This document shows, piece after piece, positions 38,453 through 40,688 of a DNA stretch of 40,688 nucleotides. Position numbers and translations under genes: made by a program. Origin of the DNA: a virus (lineage: Duplodnaviria > Caudoviricetes). The notes beneath the pieces were generated by a model. That model was not told the origin of the DNA and did no database searches. It saw nothing but the letters and a program-made list of their open reading frames with translations. The first letter of the stretch is position 1, and the number at the start of each line of letters is the position of its first letter. The stretch lies in the IMG/VR virus record IMGVR_UViG_3300005739_000085, positions 1 to 40,688 of that record. One strand, written 5' to 3'.

Positions 38453-38464
38453 TTTTTAATAATA

Positions 38465-38989
38465 TTAAGCAGCAGTTACTCTCCAGTACTGATATGCTAG
38501 TGTTGCTGGTACTATAACAATTGATCCAGCGTCTCCTAAGTTGTACTGTATTTCACCAACCGAAACAACATAGGCTCCGTAAAGCGTATATTGACGAGCA
38601 GTGCCACCTGTTTTATTTAAAAGGTTTAATGATATAACAGAAGAGTTTCTGGCTATATTATAGTCTCCAGTTGAAGCTCCGTCGTCGAATGTATTAAATG
38701 TTGCGTTTTCTAAAACTGCTCTAATATTATAACCTTGATCACAGCGGAAATTTACATTCCAGCTATCAGAACCCGGATATTTAGCTGTACCAGGTACGTT
38801 AAAGTCTAGACCCATAAAGGGTACTTGTTGATTAACAATTGTTCGGCCTGGTAGGTTTGCTGATTCTAGATATACTAGCTCACTTTCACCGAAGTTTGTA
38901 TTTGCTAACTGTACAACTCTAAATTGAAATTGACGGGCAAAATCTCTTTGCTGTACTGTTCTGTAGAAGTCTGCAATATTTTGTGGCAT
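38465..38989 (-). CDS. Tail tube protein, T4 gp19-like
   Basis: ARQFQFRV, SANLPG, VPFMG, W.VNF, YTLYGAY, LAYQYW; directly downstream of the sheath gene. Confidence 0.93.
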   Translation of the reverse strand: MPQNIADFYRTVQQRDFARQFQFRVVQLANTNFGESELVYLESANLPGRTIVNQQVPFMGLDFNVPGTAKYPGSDSWNVNFRCDQGYNIRAVLENATFNTFDDGASTGDYNIARNSSVISLNLLNKTGGTARQYTLYGAYVVSVGEIQYNLGDAGSIVIVPATLAYQYWRVTAA

Positions 38990-39002
38990 ATATTATTATT
39001 TA

Positions 39003-40688
39003 TTAGATTAATTCTTGGAAGTTCTGACCTGTGCGGGTCGCAATAAAGTTAACTAATATAAATTCAGCCGCCTTGACTGGTTTAATATAAATGTCAACGA
39101 TTAATTCATTACGATCGATAGTATCGGGTGTATTATTTCTTTCATCACAAACGATTAGATAATCATAAACACCTTCTGTATTTCTCGCTAATTCAAAAAT
39201 AGGTGATATAGTATTTTTAAGTCTTGTGCGAGTAAATTCTGTATTAGGCTCGAAAACAAAATATCTTAAAGCTCGTTGAGTTGCACGCTCAAGTGATAAG
39301 AATAGACGTCTTACATTAACTCTATCAAACGCAGTTGGTCTGTTTTGTAAAGTTTTTTGTCCGTAAACTACAAAGCCGTCTCCAGAGAAGAATACTACAG
39401 GGTTAACAGCAATTGTATATAAGGAGTCTCTTTGTTTTTGATTAGGATTTATTGCTAAATCAAGAATGTTTGAAACGACCCCGCGATTTAAACCAGCTGG
39501 CGCAAACCACGGTTGAGCATTTCTATCTGTTCGAGCATAAACCGCTGCTGCAAACCCTGAGAAAGGTACCCAGACGTTTTTATCGGTGAAAGAGTCGTAA
39601 ACCTTAGCCCAGTTACCATACGTTGCTGTATAGTTATTATTAGCAGTAGTATACAAAGCCTTAAGAGGGTTGAATATATTTTGCGTGAATGTTGTAGCTC
39701 TTTTAGTTAATGTTTTTGTATTTTCACCTTGAACAAAAATTTGTCTTAATGGATCTGAAATAAACATACAATCTTTACGTGTTTCAGCTACAAAATTTGC
39801 AAATCTACCAAAAGCTGTTCTATAGCGAAGGACGTTTTCATCATCCATTTCATTATATGTAGAAAGAGCTAAACTTGTTGTTTCGTCGTATGCAAGGGTA
39901 CCGCTAGCAACAGTATAAATGGTTGTTAGACCAGCATCTACTATTATATCTAAAGGAACTGTTTCTGGTGTTTCTACCAATACTAACGCTCTATCTATTT
40001 TATCAATTAAACGACCAATTGATTTTTGATCTTTTTGTTCGTATGAAGGTAACCAATTACTGCTTGGGAATAATGTTTTAACTTCATCGTGTATTCTTAC
40101 TGCAGGAGCAGATAAACTTGACCAAAAACTATTAGAAGCCAATTTTGGGTTAACGAGTAAACGTAAGTTTGGAGATACGTTATTTACTACATCTTCAACA
40201 AAGAATGTTCTTAATGGAGCTCCAGCTACTGATGCTTCGCGTCTACGTTCTTTATTAAATGAACCTAAATGATTCTCAACTGGAGAGATAGTTAAAACTT
40301 GAGGATCGTAAATTGATTTACGAACTTTAAATAAGTTAATTGAAATAACATCATTATAAGCATCTTGACTAACTGTCCAATCGTATGAACTTTCAATAAT
40401 TTGAGAAACAGAACCACCACCTGCATTTACAGAAGCAGAAAGAGCAAATTCATATTTACTTGAAGGAACGTCTCTAAAGGAAGAAGTGTTGCTCGACCCT
40501 GTAAGAGATACAAAGCGATTTACGGATGTAAAATCAGAGCCTCTATTAAATTCTTTATTATCGGTTATTGTTAGATAATAGCCTTCAAATAGTTCATTTT
40601 GAGCTGTTTTACTATTATTACAAATAAGAAATCCTGTATCGGTGAAATTGTATGATGAAAAATTAGGTGTAATACCTAAGCTCGAAGA
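39003..40688 (-). CDS. Tail sheath protein, T4 gp18-like (5'-truncated by the window edge)
   Basis: PWFAPAGLNRG, YGQKTL, FDRVNVRRLF, FEPN, CDERNNT, IKPVKAAEFI. I read the frame beyond the track's 40142 TTG and found no stop up to 40688. Confidence 0.96.
   Translation of the reverse strand, partial: SSSLGITPNFSSYNFTDTGFLICNNSKTAQNELFEGYYLTITDNKEFNRGSDFTSVNRFVSLTGSSNTSSFRDVPSSKYEFALSASVNAGGGSVSQIIESSYDWTVSQDAYNDVISINLFKVRKSIYDPQVLTISPVENHLGSFNKERRREASVAGAPLRTFFVEDVVNNVSPNLRLLVNPKLASNSFWSSLSAPAVRIHDEVKTLFPSSNWLPSYEQKDQKSIGRLIDKIDRALVLVETPETVPLDIIVDAGLTTIYTVASGTLAYDETTSLALSTYNEMDDENVLRYRTAFGRFANFVAETRKDCMFISDPLRQIFVQGENTKTLTKRATTFTQNIFNPLKALYTTANNNYTATYGNWAKVYDSFTDKNVWVPFSGFAAAVYARTDRNAQPWFAPAGLNRGVVSNILDLAINPNQKQRDSLYTIAVNPVVFFSGDGFVVYGQKTLQNRPTAFDRVNVRRLFLSLERATQRALRYFVFEPNTEFTRTRLKNTISPIFELARNTEGVYDYLIVCDERNNTPDTIDRNELIVDIYIKPVKAAEFILVNFIATRTGQNFQELI

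Noticed and set aside
40140-40142. TTG start for the sheath gene given by the ORF track
   Set aside because: Frame stays open to the window end; the true start lies outside the window.
1-40688. Stop-codon reassignment
   Set aside because: Genes up to 1800 aa are open in the standard code and tile the window densely; the stops I checked are TAA, or TAG in two cases.
1-40688. CRISPR array, tRNA, structured ncRNA or mobile element
   Set aside because: Intergenic gaps are all under about 80 nt and show no such patterns; no transposase, integrase or homing endonuclease motifs.
22704-40688. Bacterial contractile injection system (eCIS/tailocin) rather than phage
   Set aside because: Interspersed clamp loader, dUTPase, RNR, terminase small subunit-like gene and T4-type late boxes indicate a phage genome.

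Overview
AT-rich segment of a large T4-like (contractile-tailed) dsDNA phage, read in the standard genetic code. Most of the window is a minus-strand tail/baseplate module. It contains the sheath (truncated at the right edge), tube, gp54-like, gp26/gp51-like, putative tape measure, gp48-like, gp53-like, hub-like, gp25-like and gp6-like genes. These are followed by about 21.6 kb (8 genes, 7,156 aa) of large accessory virion proteins with PKD, beta-propeller, LamG-like, RCC1-repeat and S74-chaperone features. Two plus-strand islands interrupt the module: hypothetical + class II ribonucleotide reductase, and small ORF + dUTPase + clamp loader. A terminase small subunit-like gene and a short fibre gene lie between the islands. 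The most notable unexplained patterns are: (1) a TAAATA box 5-15 nt before most structural start codons, with no Shine-Dalgarno; (2) a Trp/Cys module repeated in two virion proteins; (3) a shared CIG(D/N)SL..IN.N N-terminal anchor on three otherwise unrelated fibres; (4) strong enrichment of LSA-type tripeptides in virion-surface proteins; (5) an 8-repeat RCC1 protein with a Trp/Tyr-rich loop. All family assignments come from motif recognition by eye; no searches were run. I saw no tRNA, CRISPR array, transposase, intron or intein.
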